A DNA stretch of 64,000 nucleotides from Deltaproteobacteria bacterium UBA2409 (GCA_002343185.1 DDRT01000001.1:27018-91017); one strand, 5' to 3'; counted from the first letter of the stretch, positions 9,757 through 20,379 are shown. Program-made: numbers and translations. Notes: generated from the letters alone by a model not told the origin.

Positions 9757-10567
9757 CTCCTGAAAGCTTCATAAAATCGTAGTTAAATTCAATTGTAAAA
9801 AGCCTTGATTCAGTTCCTTGGGAAAGTTCCCAGAAGTAGATTCCTTCTGGTATCTGAATGAAACGTCCCCACCCAACTACCCGACCTTCTCCACCTGAAG
9901 TTGGTCCAGCAGCACGATTAGTCTCGCTTTGAACTGATTTTGGAGGGGGTTTTGGATAAATTTTTAGCCCTCTCTCATCTGCTTCATCACGAACAAGTCT
10001 TTCAACATCTTTAACTCTATCTGCAGGTATTATGTAAAATGAGTAATCACTATCAGCTGTGTTGTAGGTGATTATTTTATTTAGATAAACAACAACGGTT
10101 TCTCTTAGGGCTACGTTTTTTAGGTAAGGGTAAGCCTCAAGCCCACTTTGAAACTGCGATACAGCGAAGTTATTGAGTGCCAGGCCATTCACTGTAACCT
10201 TTCCATCTTCTTCTACGTATGAAGTAATCCAGGCTCTTTCTGGTAAAGCCCTGTTAAGATCTTCAAAAAGCCTTACTGGTCCAATCTGTTGAAGCTTAAC
10301 TTTAGCTATACTCTGCGCTATCTCCTCAAGTTCAGATTTTCTAGTATCAAGCTCTGCAACCTCGCTTGTTTTTTCCTTAATTAGAGCTAAGTCTGTTCTA
10401 AGTCCTGTAATCTGTCGCTTAGATTCTGATATCTGTCCTGATAGAATCAAATACTGAATTCCAAGAAGTAAAACTACACCTAAAAAAACAGCTCCTCCAA
10501 TTGCACTTGTAGCTCTTCTGATTGCTGTCGAATCATCCGGTTCTGAGAGAAGGTTTATCTTAATCAT
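9734..10567 (-). CDS. pilN: PilN-like type IV pilus assembly protein, unusually long
   Basis: Starts MIKINLL (PilN hallmark), then a TM and a coiled coil. The ATG at 10567 is preceded by GGAGA, whereas the ORF-track start at 10582 is TTG. There are about 90 extra C-terminal residues. Confidence 0.7.
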   Translation of the reverse strand: MIKINLLSEPDDSTAIRRATSAIGGAVFLGVVLLLGIQYLILSGQISESKRQITGLRTDLALIKEKTSEVAELDTRKSELEEIAQSIAKVKLQQIGPVRLFEDLNRALPERAWITSYVEEDGKVTVNGLALNNFAVSQFQSGLEAYPYLKNVALRETVVVYLNKIITYNTADSDYSFYIIPADRVKDVERLVRDEADERGLKIYPKPPPKSVQSETNRAAGPTSGGEGRVVGWGRFIQIPEGIYFWELSQGTESRLFTIEFNYDFMKLSGGVSEEAS

Positions 10568-11618
10568 ATACCTTGTCTCCAAAACTACGGAGTGCTAGCC
10601 CAACACTCACTGAATAAGCTGCCGGAGCTTTTAAGCTCGCCTTTTCCTTGTATGTAACATTTCTGAATGGATCTATAATGAAAGTCTCAACCTCTGACCT
10701 CTCCGAGAAAGCCTCTAAAAGGCCTCTAGTATGTGCTGCTCCACCGGATAATACGACGCAATCTACCCCTGTATCAGCAGCACTACAGAAGAATGTAAGC
10801 TGCCTATGAAGCTCTGAGGCAACGTGCTCAACGTTCTTTGCTAGAATATCCAAAGCAGCTTCTCTTAGTCTTTCGTCTCCAACCATCTCCATCTGCTTTA
10901 ATTTTTCAGCCTCTTCTTCGCTCATTCCAAAAACATCAGTTAAAGATTGAGTGATATAATCTCCCCCAATATTTACATCACCGCAAAAAAGCGATTGTCC
11001 TTTATTGATTAAATTTACTGCTGAGTATTTAGAGCCTATCTCAACTAACGCAACTGTTTTTTCAAAATACTCAGGATAGTTCGCCTCAAACGCATTTTGA
11101 ACTGCAAAATATTCAACATCGCAGATACCTGGCTCGATACCAGTCACTGTGACTGTTTCAACAAACCTATCGATTACATCATTTTTGACTGCTACAACAA
11201 GAATTTCTAGCTGATTCTTTCCAGCCTCACCAAGTACATGAAAATCAAGTCTCACTGCATTAATTGAATGAGGTATTAAACTTGCTGCTTCAAACTGAAT
11301 AGTATCTGCAAGCTCTTTAATGTTCGTTTGATTAACCTTGTGCCTTTTTGTAAAAACACTTGGCGCAGGAACTGCAAATACTCCTCTATAAACTTTTGGA
11401 TCAAAGTCAGCTCCAGCAGATCTAAGAGCATCTGCTACTACTGACGGCTGTGAGATGGTGTTGTTCTGGACTACATCTTTTGGCAGTGCGCAGGTTCCAA
11501 GCTGTACTACGTTGTAACCACCGCTTCTCTCTTTAAGTTCGATGAACTTTGCAGAGCTACCTCCAATATCAATTCCAACAAACTTAAATTTCTGTTTAAA
11601 AAGATCAATAAAACTCAT
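10560..11618 (-). CDS. pilM: Type IV pilus assembly ATPase-like protein PilM
   Basis: Actin-like fold motifs (VGIDIGGSSAKFIEL, VVLSGGAA). It is followed by pilN and pilO. Confidence 0.9.
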   Translation of the reverse strand: MSFIDLFKQKFKFVGIDIGGSSAKFIELKERSGGYNVVQLGTCALPKDVVQNNTISQPSVVADALRSAGADFDPKVYRGVFAVPAPSVFTKRHKVNQTNIKELADTIQFEAASLIPHSINAVRLDFHVLGEAGKNQLEILVVAVKNDVIDRFVETVTVTGIEPGICDVEYFAVQNAFEANYPEYFEKTVALVEIGSKYSAVNLINKGQSLFCGDVNIGGDYITQSLTDVFGMSEEEAEKLKQMEMVGDERLREAALDILAKNVEHVASELHRQLTFFCSAADTGVDCVVLSGGAAHTRGLLEAFSERSEVETFIIDPFRNVTYKEKASLKAPAAYSVSVGLALRSFGDKVYD

Positions 11619-11664
11619 TTAGCACCAAATAGTAGCGATGCTCAGAAAAGCTCGCTAGTATAGG

Positions 11665-13770
11665 ATGTTAGATGTTTTTTATTCGACTCAGCTTAGAACG
11701 ATGTTCGTACAAATAGCAGTACCTCCCCTACCAGAGCCGCTCTGGTACTCCGTGCCTGAGCTGTTTTTGAGCAATGTTTCGCTCGGAGCGCAAGTTGAGG
11801 TTCCCTTAGGAAGTAGAAAAGAAATTGGATACATTGTTTTAATTCAAGACAAAGTCGATCTAACCTATGAGGTTAAAGAGATTTTAAGTGAGCCTATTCG
11901 ATGCTTTAAAGATATCTGGCTATTAGAATGGATATCAAAATACTACTGCGAGCCGATCTCTAAAGTTCTTGATACAGCTGCTCCAAAAATTATTCCAATC
12001 AAAAAATCAAAGTGGATATATAAAGAAGCTGGTGCAAACACTAATAACGACAAGCTAAGTAACTTACTAAGCAAACTTCCACAAAAAGCTTCTCAGCTAA
12101 AATCTAAAGCTACATTAAAGGAAGCCCTAAATTTAGGGTTATGCAGATCTGTCGAAGTTGAAGATATTCCTGTTAATGCTCAGGTTCCAGATTGGGTCAA
12201 AAGAGATCTAGAATTAAACGAATATCAGATAAAAGCTGTAGAAAGAATTGAAAGTGGTGGGACATTTCTATTATTTGGTGCTACTGGAAGCGGGAAAACG
12301 GAAGTTTATATTGAGCTTGCAAAAAAAACGATTAAAGCAGGGCGCGGAGTTTTATTTTTAGTTCCTGAAATCGCCTTAACTCCACAATTAATAGATCGGG
12401 TAAGAGGAAGACTAGATTGCGAGATCGCACTTCTTCACTCTGGATTATCACCAAAGCTTAGATACTACGGCTGGAGACTTTGTCTTGAAGGAAAATCGAA
12501 AGTGGCAATTGGTGCTAGATCCGCAATATTTGCCCCGATAGATGACATAGGATTAATAATAGTAGATGAGGAGCATGACTCGTCATATAAGCAAAGTGAT
12601 GGTCTTAGGTACAATGCAAGAGACTTAGCTCATGTTCTTGCTAAAAAACATAAAGCTACATTGGTTTTAGGCTCAGCAACTCCAAGCTTAGAAAGCTATT
12701 CTCAGGTAAAAGAGATAATTACTCTTCCACCTCAAAGCACTAAGCACTTAATGCTAAGATCCTCTCTGATAGATCTATCAAAAGAGAGAGACAAAGCATC
12801 ATCCCACATATCTTCTTCGCTTAAAAAAGAGATAGATTCAGTGTTGGCAAAAAAAGAGCAGATATTGATTTTATATAATAGAAGAGGTTTTGCCTCTTAT
12901 CTTCTTTGTTCAGAGTGTAACAAGCCTGTTTCTTGCCCAAATTGTTCAGTCACTTTAACTTTTTACAAAAGAAAAAACATAGTTCAATGTCACTACTGTA
13001 ATCATACCGGGCTTGCACCACAGTTTTGTTGTGGAAAAGCACTAAAAGAGTGTGGGGCTGGCACTGAAAGAATTCTTGAGGAGGTGGAAGAGCTTTTCCC
13101 GAATGCAAATGTAGCAAAACTTGACCGTGAATCAGTAAAAACCATGGATGAGTACCGAGAGATCTTAGAGAAAGTGCGGTCTCAGAAGATTGATATATTA
13201 GTAGGAACTCAGATGATCGCTAAAGGTCATGATTTACCAAATGTAACATTAGTAGGAGTTCTAAATTGCGATATAGGGCTTCATATGCCGGATTTTAGAG
13301 CATCCGAGAAAACATTTCAGCTGCTTCTTCAAGCTGGTGGCCGAGCTGGGAGAGATGAAAAACCTGGGAAAGTAATCTTCCAAACTTTTACCCCTAACCA
13401 TCCTGCAATAAAAAGTGCTTTAAAAAGAGATTATACTTCGTTTGCTCAAGATGAACTTAAAACAAGAAAAGAGCTTGGATATCCTCCCTACAAAAAGATC
13501 CTTAGAATTTTAGCCCAAAGTGAAAATCAAAGTGAGGGGTTAACGTTACTTTCTGAAATCGCACAGATCATTAATACCCTTTCAGGTATTACAGTATTGG
13601 GACCCGCACCATGCCCTATAGAGAAAATAAAGAAGCACTACAGATTTCATATTCTTTGTAAGGCAGATAAATCGACTGAGCTTATAGTTATGGTAAATAC
13701 TCTAAAGAAAACTAAATGGAAAAAAAGCATAAAGGTTTTTTTCGATATTGATCCGCAGGATATGCTCTAA
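11665..13770 (+). CDS. priA: Primosomal replication restart helicase PriA
   Basis: Walker A GATGSGKTEVY, DEEHD box, and a Cys-rich zinc region (CSECNKPVSCPNCSVTLTFY...CHYCNH). Confidence 0.9.
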   Translation: MLDVFYSTQLRTMFVQIAVPPLPEPLWYSVPELFLSNVSLGAQVEVPLGSRKEIGYIVLIQDKVDLTYEVKEILSEPIRCFKDIWLLEWISKYYCEPISKVLDTAAPKIIPIKKSKWIYKEAGANTNNDKLSNLLSKLPQKASQLKSKATLKEALNLGLCRSVEVEDIPVNAQVPDWVKRDLELNEYQIKAVERIESGGTFLLFGATGSGKTEVYIELAKKTIKAGRGVLFLVPEIALTPQLIDRVRGRLDCEIALLHSGLSPKLRYYGWRLCLEGKSKVAIGARSAIFAPIDDIGLIIVDEEHDSSYKQSDGLRYNARDLAHVLAKKHKATLVLGSATPSLESYSQVKEIITLPPQSTKHLMLRSSLIDLSKERDKASSHISSSLKKEIDSVLAKKEQILILYNRRGFASYLLCSECNKPVSCPNCSVTLTFYKRKNIVQCHYCNHTGLAPQFCCGKALKECGAGTERILEEVEELFPNANVAKLDRESVKTMDEYREILEKVRSQKIDILVGTQMIAKGHDLPNVTLVGVLNCDIGLHMPDFRASEKTFQLLLQAGGRAGRDEKPGKVIFQTFTPNHPAIKSALKRDYTSFAQDELKTRKELGYPPYKKILRILAQSENQSEGLTLLSEIAQIINTLSGITVLGPAPCPIEKIKKHYRFHILCKADKSTELIVMVNTLKKTKWKKSIKVFFDIDPQDML

Positions 13771-13778
13771 TGAATCAT

Positions 13779-15767
13779 TTAATACCAATCAGGACTAAAA
13801 ACAGCTCTAGCTGGCAGTCTGGCTCTATACTGTCTTCCTTCATTTTTTAAAAAATCTGTATCACGCAACAGTTCCATTAATGGATCTCGAAGCTTATGAA
13901 TGTACTCAAGTACAAACTCTCTTTGATCAGTTCTCATACCAATAATAAATCCTGTGTGCATTCTTTCTAATAATTGAACTCTTGTAGTTCGATTTACTCG
14001 GTCTGACAGCTCACTTCTTGTAGTTCCGGGATCTAAAGTAAGATTCAACCTTAATCCAATTGAAAATCGATCTTCCTTTTTCCTACTTCTCCGGGAAATA
14101 TATACTGAATGTGGAGAGATATAAATCTCAGAGTCTCCCATTATTCTCTCTCTTAGTTGCTTGAGGGCTTGAGCATCTAAAACGAGATCGAATTTTTTAC
14201 TAACCGAAGGAGCCTCTCCAAATATTATTTCTATCTCATCAGATCCAAACTCATGTCTTAGAAACATTTCAAAATTTTGGGCAATTCTTGATGCTTTTTT
14301 GAAGAATTCTCTTATTTTTGACAACTCTGGTCCCTCGGGGCTGTTCCAGTCAACTCCTGCTACTGTTGAGTGGGGATCAATTAGAACCAAATTTTCATAG
14401 TAGTTATTGATCCCTCCTTCTACTGCTCTTCGGTGATGGGGAAGATAACGATCTACGCAATCCTGATGCACTCCGAAAGCCTGTATTGAAAATGGAACGT
14501 TGGCATCTTTGTTTGCTCTTTTAATTACATTTAATGATAAAAGTCCTAACTTTGAGGCAATTTTATGAGTTTGATCGTCTCCTAAAGATAAGATAGTTCT
14601 TAAAAATGCATCTAAGTCGGTACAATAAAATCCAAGATCCTCTCTAGGAGAAATTGCTCTAAGAGTCTCTTGATATCTTATCATTGATTTATGTCCTTTT
14701 ACTTTTTTGAGTCCCTCTTCGCTCGTTCCTATAGCTCTAATTATTTGGTCGGAGCCTTTATCCTCTAGCAAAAGAACCCACTCATTTAACTTAGTTATTC
14801 GTAGAACTCCTGATGGAGCGCTACCATTTCGGTCAAGATCCCTTCTCAAAGTTTGGGGAAGTTCCGCAAATTCGACTCTCTTTATTGTCTTGGGTTTACC
14901 ATGAATTATGCCATTTTTGAGACAACTTACTGCTTGATGTTCCTCATGAGCCCTATTAGAGGCATCTGTCCTACTGTAGGCGATATCATATATTTCATGA
15001 GCAATTGATGCAGCCTTTATAAGGGTCGGTTCTTCGAATAAAACGTGATCAGGACTTTCTGCTGTAAGATCTAAGGAGCAGTTTAGAACAATAGGTAGAT
15101 CTTCACCTGTATCTCGTAACAATCTATCTATCATACTACCATAGAAATCAGATCTCTCTTTAGGTGTCATGCTAAATATATATGGTGGGCATAGTGCTAC
15201 ATTTGCTTTTTTAGTATCAAAACCAAACTTGTTATCGATTCTTGCTATCTCAGGTTGAGAAGCGATTACTATATTAAGCATATCAGGATCAAAATCGAGA
15301 GAATCCTGACTTAAGTGGCACTGTGCTAAATTTGCTGTGTCATGGAGTAAAAGTGTTCGAACTGTATATTTTATATGATCTGCTGATAGGTTCTCCCCCT
15401 CATCTATTCTACGTTTTAAATCAGCAATACCAACTCTTACTACATCTTTTACATGCGCAAATCTTGAGATTTTACCAACTAGCATATCAACAGGAACATC
15501 TTCAGGATTACCCTGATCTAAACAGTACATCTGAGGGCTTACTGGAAGTTTTTTTAATCGTTGGTTCAACGATGAGTTCATTATTTCTTCAGAATAGGCC
15601 TCTAAAAGCATCCAGAATCTCTGATTACGCGGATCTTTAAAATTATCTTCAACAAATGATGCTGGAGTAGAAAGATCTTCGAACTGATCACATCGAGGGA
15701 TCAGACGTGGAATATAGTTAAATCTTAAGGGCGAGATGTGCCTTTCAACAAATTCCTCAATGCTCAC
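13779..15767 (-). CDS. Large cytoplasmic hypothetical protein (662 aa)
   Basis: Long uninterrupted ORF with a GTG start, 15 nt downstream of mpl on the same strand. I recognise no motif. Confidence 0.55.
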   Translation of the reverse strand: MSIEEFVERHISPLRFNYIPRLIPRCDQFEDLSTPASFVEDNFKDPRNQRFWMLLEAYSEEIMNSSLNQRLKKLPVSPQMYCLDQGNPEDVPVDMLVGKISRFAHVKDVVRVGIADLKRRIDEGENLSADHIKYTVRTLLLHDTANLAQCHLSQDSLDFDPDMLNIVIASQPEIARIDNKFGFDTKKANVALCPPYIFSMTPKERSDFYGSMIDRLLRDTGEDLPIVLNCSLDLTAESPDHVLFEEPTLIKAASIAHEIYDIAYSRTDASNRAHEEHQAVSCLKNGIIHGKPKTIKRVEFAELPQTLRRDLDRNGSAPSGVLRITKLNEWVLLLEDKGSDQIIRAIGTSEEGLKKVKGHKSMIRYQETLRAISPREDLGFYCTDLDAFLRTILSLGDDQTHKIASKLGLLSLNVIKRANKDANVPFSIQAFGVHQDCVDRYLPHHRRAVEGGINNYYENLVLIDPHSTVAGVDWNSPEGPELSKIREFFKKASRIAQNFEMFLRHEFGSDEIEIIFGEAPSVSKKFDLVLDAQALKQLRERIMGDSEIYISPHSVYISRRSRKKEDRFSIGLRLNLTLDPGTTRSELSDRVNRTTRVQLLERMHTGFIIGMRTDQREFVLEYIHKLRDPLMELLRDTDFLKNEGRQYRARLPARAVFSPDWY

Positions 15768-15781
15768 CTAGAAATCTTAAT

Positions 15782-17152
15782 TTACTTATTGATGCTAATC
15801 AAAAGCTTCTCAGTTAGCCCATCAAAGCTGCCATTTGACATAACAACCACTAAATCGCGCCCTGAGAGGTTCTCACTAACTTTTGCAATAATTTCGTCTG
15901 TTTCAGAAAGCGCTGCTCCACCTATAGATTTTACAAGAGTATCAACATCAAAAAGATCATTTACATTATCATTATGTCTAGGGGTTACTCTTTTAACTAT
16001 CACACTATCAGCAACCAAAAGAGCAGTCTTATAATCATTTTCAAAGATTTTTCGTCTACTAGTATTTGATCTTGGCTCAAAACATACAATCAGCTTCCTG
16101 TCAGAATATCTTTCTTTTAGCCCTTTAAGGGTTTCTCTTACAGCTGTAGGATGATGTGCAAAATCCTCGATAATAACTATTTTCTCAGATTCAAGTTTTA
16201 CTTCCTGTCTTCTTTTTACACCCCCAAAAGTATCAAAACCTGAAGGATTATTAACCCCAGCTAGCCTTTGAACTAGCCAAGAACCAACTGCGTTATAGGC
16301 ATTGTGCTCACCTAGAAGATTGGATCTTATCTCTATTTTTTCACCCTGATAATTGAAAGTTATTAAATCTTGATTTCTCTTAAAAACAATATCCCCCTCT
16401 TCTCCATAAGTAATTAAACGAGCCTTAGAACTCCACACCCTACTCAAGTTTTTTAAATTATCTCCAGACATAGCAACTACAACAGCATCAGTTGTGCTTA
16501 GCACAAGGTCTGTAAATTCTTTATTTATACCTTCTATATTTGGATAGATATCAGCGTGATCGTACTCAACTGAAGTCACTAAAAGAATATCTGGTTTATA
16601 GAAATCAAATTTAGGAACTTTTGCAAAGAAAGCGCTGTCGTACTCATCGCCTTCAACAACTGAAAGGTTACCTTTTCCTACATGTAGACTTGACGGAAGC
16701 CCAATTACTGAACCTCCAATAAAGTAACTTGGATCTAAATTTTTTAGGCACCAGGCTGTTAGGGCTGTTGTTGTCGTTTTTCCATGTGTTCCTGAAACTA
16801 CAATCGACTTTCTTCCTTTAATAACCGTTTCGTAAAGAGCTTGTGGAAAACTAGTATATCTTACGACCTTAGAAAGGAGAGGATTATCTTTTCTAATTGC
16901 ATTGCCAATTACAACAAGATCATTTTCTGGGAGCTCTTCGTAGCCCTTAAATAACTTGATATTAGATTTCTTTAAGAGAGAACCTGCTGGCTCCCAAAAA
17001 TCAGTATCACTTCCTGAAACTTCAAAACCTTCAGTAGACAGGTAAACTGCTAGCTGAGCCATAGCGATCCCTGCAACCCCTAAAAAATGGACTTTTGATC
17101 CTTTTTTTAGTGCGTCTAAAGAAGTTGATCCTATGACTGAAAAATCAGTCAC
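15782..17152 (-). CDS. mpl: UDP-N-acetylmuramate:L-alanyl-gamma-D-glutamyl-meso-DAP ligase (Mur ligase family, Mpl-like)
   Basis: 456 aa. N-terminal Rossmann GVAGIAMAQLA...GSD and the Mur ligase P-loop SGTHGKTTTT. Length and N-terminus fit Mpl better than MurC. Confidence 0.75.
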   Translation of the reverse strand: MTDFSVIGSTSLDALKKGSKVHFLGVAGIAMAQLAVYLSTEGFEVSGSDTDFWEPAGSLLKKSNIKLFKGYEELPENDLVVIGNAIRKDNPLLSKVVRYTSFPQALYETVIKGRKSIVVSGTHGKTTTTALTAWCLKNLDPSYFIGGSVIGLPSSLHVGKGNLSVVEGDEYDSAFFAKVPKFDFYKPDILLVTSVEYDHADIYPNIEGINKEFTDLVLSTTDAVVVAMSGDNLKNLSRVWSSKARLITYGEEGDIVFKRNQDLITFNYQGEKIEIRSNLLGEHNAYNAVGSWLVQRLAGVNNPSGFDTFGGVKRRQEVKLESEKIVIIEDFAHHPTAVRETLKGLKERYSDRKLIVCFEPRSNTSRRKIFENDYKTALLVADSVIVKRVTPRHNDNVNDLFDVDTLVKSIGGAALSETDEIIAKVSENLSGRDLVVVMSNGSFDGLTEKLLISINK

Positions 17153-17807
17153 CCTCTACCTCAGCAAATTTTTCGTATAGCTGAGCATATTCTATATCAA
17201 GTGCATCATAGCGCTTCTTAACTGTGAAATAGCTCTCATTACCTTCTTTAATCTGATCTAAAAGCTCATCAATTTGAATTTCTGTTCTGGTAAGTTCACT
17301 CTTCATTTTCGAGATCTTCTCTGTCAGCTCTACATTCGACTCTAACTCTTTTAGAACCTTATCAAGCTCGGAAAGGGCTGTAGCTAATTGTTCCTTTAAA
17401 CTTGCATTTTTATTAGCAAGACCAGATTCTTTTTTCTGAAGAATTTTTAGCTCTTCTTGAGTCTCGACGTTACTTGCTTCAAGCTCACGCTCAATTTCAT
17501 CAATCTCTCTAAGCCTTGCTTCAACAGTTTCAAGTTCAGCTTGAGTAATAGTTACCCTTCCGCGCTCAAGTCTTGCTGCATCTCTTGCATCAATAGCTTG
17601 AAGGGCTGTTTCTTTAAGAATATCGAACTCGACAAGCTCTTCCTTAACAGTTTTAGCTTGAGAGATAAGATCTTGACGAAGTTTGGTTTCACTCTCCATC
17701 TTATTAAGGAGCAATTCACTTGAAGATTTTTTTCCGCTAGCGAAAACGTATAGAACACCTGGGAAAACAAGGAGTCCTATAATTCCTAAGATTACAACAC
17801 CTGTCAC
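17145..17807 (-). CDS. Membrane-anchored coiled-coil protein
   Basis: N-terminal TM, then heptad-rich E/K/L sequence. GTGA overlap with the upstream VWA gene. Confidence 0.55.
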   Translation of the reverse strand: MTGVVILGIIGLLVFPGVLYVFASGKKSSSELLLNKMESETKLRQDLISQAKTVKEELVEFDILKETALQAIDARDAARLERGRVTITQAELETVEARLREIDEIERELEASNVETQEELKILQKKESGLANKNASLKEQLATALSELDKVLKELESNVELTEKISKMKSELTRTEIQIDELLDQIKEGNESYFTVKKRYDALDIEYAQLYEKFAEVEGD

Positions 17808-19783
17808 GAGCTACCCTCCTCTTTAGGGGACTCTTCTTCTGGGATTTCTTCCTGAGGCGGCTCTTCTTCTTGAGATGATTCCTCTTGTGACACATCTTCT
17901 TTAGGAGATTCTCCTTGCGAAGTTTGATCCTGCTCTAATTCGCCCTTAGGCGGAGACCCTCCAGAAGTAGCTTCTTTTTGTGATTCTGTCTCTTTTTGAC
18001 CTGAAGAGAATCTAGGATCATTTAAATCTATATATTCTGAGTCTGCTATCTTCTTTAGCTTCTCTAGTCCAACTTCCATATCTAAGATTGGAGGAAGCTC
18101 AGGAAAACTTACTGCCCCACCTGCAATTGCTTTTTTTAGAAATAAAAATGCACCAGCAAATCCACCACCCTGCATTAAAAGCATTAGTATTATTGGAACT
18201 ACTGCACTTGGCTTTTCAGGCTCTTTAGGTTTTTCTTCCTCAATTATAACCTCTGTTACTTCTTGGCTCGCTGTTCTTTCGAACTGAATTGGCACACTTG
18301 TACCCTTGAACTCCGTTTTTCGTTTTGTGATTCCTTCTACGGATGCTGAAATAGTGAATACGCCTGGAGCAGGGAGTAATGAAGCTGCAGCTTTGTACTC
18401 GCCTTCTTTAATTTTTGTAAGGGGAATTTTGAGTTTTTTATTCTCTGCATCGATTGCTACGAGTTCTAGATCCAACTTTAAAGCGCCATCTAATTCATGT
18501 GATAAGTTTACTAATATCTCTTCGGTCTCTTCACTTGGATTTACAGTAACAAGTCGTGGTCTAACTCTAAAAGGAATATTCTGATTTCTTTCAAATGTAG
18601 GTGCTTTTGCTAAGATTCTAATTCGATACTCCCCAGGCTCTTCAATAGAAACCTCTTTTGAAAAGACTCCATCATTTGCGACCTTATCACCATTTTGTCC
18701 ATCATCAGAAAGTAGATCTCTTAGAATTGGCTCTGATATTTTATCTGTAGGTGAAATCTGAAAGGCGTACTGCCCTGATGCTGTCATCTCGGGTAACACG
18801 ACAGGTTTATCTTCTTCAAATAACCTTGCCTGAAGTAAAACTTTCTCTCCGGCTATCATCGATGGTGGCCAATCTGTAACAAGTTTTAGATTGGTTAAAA
18901 GAGTTGCAAACCCTTCATTTCCATCAACCCCAGAAAGCCCCCAGTCTCCAGGAGTTGGACCATTAACTGTAACTACATAGAACTTCTGCCCAGTGAACCA
19001 CTTAACTCCAGCAGGAACATCTGCTTCAGAAATTTTCTGTCCTGCAGGGGATATAAGTTCGACAATATCAGTAGCTGTCGATCTATCAATATAAAATGTT
19101 GCTTCTTGAATATCTTTATCGATCTTAAATCCACGCTTTGAAAATGGTACAACTTGTGGTTTTTTAACCGCCAAAAAAAGATCCGCATAGCTTTCATGAA
19201 TTTTTGTTGCATCAGGAGTGTACCAGTGAACAGCATTTGTGAATGCTGCTAATTGCGACAGAACTTCTTTATCCACAAGCTCACTGAATGCTAGAGTATA
19301 AACTTTTATTCCGCTTTGCCTTAAAGTATTAGCGGTCCCCCCTAAGAGTGAGTTAGTAAGCTCGTTAGGATCTCCACTTGAGCCTTCCATTTTTCCATCC
19401 GAGAGAAGCACGATAACTTGTGAAACATTTTTCCTTGGAGAAACCGATAGAATATTCTCAGCTTCTTTTACTGCAGTTAAGAGGTTCGTATAAGTTCCTG
19501 AGTCTCCGGCTGTTTTTATCAGAGATTTTAGGTCTTCTGCTGGATCGTATTCTGAAAGTGGCCTTAAGATCCTTGGCGAATCATCAAAGGCAACAATTGA
19601 AAGTCTATCTCCCTTTGAAAGAAGCTGAGTAAATAGCTGAGCGCCTTCGTATCTTAAACCTTCTGGATCGGTAATTCTCATGCTTCCTGATGAGTCAATC
19701 AAAAGCACAGCATCGACTGCGTCCCCCTGTTCAGCGGAGAGCCCCGATATTAAGATAAGTAATAATGTAATCGCTCGAAACAT
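17804..19783 (-). CDS. Secreted/membrane von Willebrand factor A domain protein with an acidic cytoplasmic tail
   Basis: Signal peptide, MIDAS motif LLIDSSGSM, a C-terminal TM, and an E/S/P-rich tail. ATG at 19783 (ORF-track TTG at 19786). Confidence 0.75.
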   Translation of the reverse strand: MFRAITLLLILISGLSAEQGDAVDAVLLIDSSGSMRITDPEGLRYEGAQLFTQLLSKGDRLSIVAFDDSPRILRPLSEYDPAEDLKSLIKTAGDSGTYTNLLTAVKEAENILSVSPRKNVSQVIVLLSDGKMEGSSGDPNELTNSLLGGTANTLRQSGIKVYTLAFSELVDKEVLSQLAAFTNAVHWYTPDATKIHESYADLFLAVKKPQVVPFSKRGFKIDKDIQEATFYIDRSTATDIVELISPAGQKISEADVPAGVKWFTGQKFYVVTVNGPTPGDWGLSGVDGNEGFATLLTNLKLVTDWPPSMIAGEKVLLQARLFEEDKPVVLPEMTASGQYAFQISPTDKISEPILRDLLSDDGQNGDKVANDGVFSKEVSIEEPGEYRIRILAKAPTFERNQNIPFRVRPRLVTVNPSEETEEILVNLSHELDGALKLDLELVAIDAENKKLKIPLTKIKEGEYKAAASLLPAPGVFTISASVEGITKRKTEFKGTSVPIQFERTASQEVTEVIIEEEKPKEPEKPSAVVPIILMLLMQGGGFAGAFLFLKKAIAGGAVSFPELPPILDMEVGLEKLKKIADSEYIDLNDPRFSSGQKETESQKEATSGGSPPKGELEQDQTSQGESPKEDVSQEESSQEEEPPQEEIPEEESPKEEGSS

Positions 19784-19818
19784 CAACTTTTAAAGGTTAT
19801 ACTACCTATGTGGCTTAA

Positions 19819-20346
19819 ATGACGAGAGTTTTTCTATTAATCTTAATATGTTCTACCTCATTTGCAGTTCCCTTCGAGGCTCCTAGCAGGGAGGAGATAT
19901 CAAAACTAAGGGTTGGAGCCATTCTACTTTCCTCAGGAACAGTCTGGTTTGAGCTATACCCTGAAGAAGCTCCTCTACATGTTGCAAACTTAAAATGGCT
20001 TTCTGAGGTAGGATTTTTTAAAGACAGGCCGATCTCTGATTTTCAGCCTGGATATATCGTCCAGTTTGGAAGGCTTAAAAAAAATGAGTTGTCCCGCTTT
20101 CTCTACACACTTCCTCCAGAATTTTCTGATAAAAGTCATGAAACTGGAAGTTTAAGTATGGGAAGGGTTCCTGATAGTAGAAACCCCGGGAGGGAATCGA
20201 GCTCTACAACAATACATGTGCTTCTTAGAAAGACATCTGCGATGGATGGGAACTTTACAGTTTTTGGTCGGGTAACTGAGGGGCTTCATCTGTTTAGTTC
20301 AAGCTCAGTGATAAAAGATCTGATTGTTTATGTTAGAGAGGATTAG
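19819..20346 (+). CDS. Cyclophilin-type peptidyl-prolyl isomerase-like protein (divergent)
   Basis: Cyclophilin scaffold (ELYPEEAPLHVANLKWL, GSLSMG, FTVFGRV). The FHRV and SQFFI core motifs are replaced. Confidence 0.55.
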   Translation: MTRVFLLILICSTSFAVPFEAPSREEISKLRVGAILLSSGTVWFELYPEEAPLHVANLKWLSEVGFFKDRPISDFQPGYIVQFGRLKKNELSRFLYTLPPEFSDKSHETGSLSMGRVPDSRNPGRESSSTTIHVLLRKTSAMDGNFTVFGRVTEGLHLFSSSSVIKDLIVYVRED

Positions 20347-20379
20347 ATACTTAGGGGGCAGCTAATCTAATCTTTTAAC

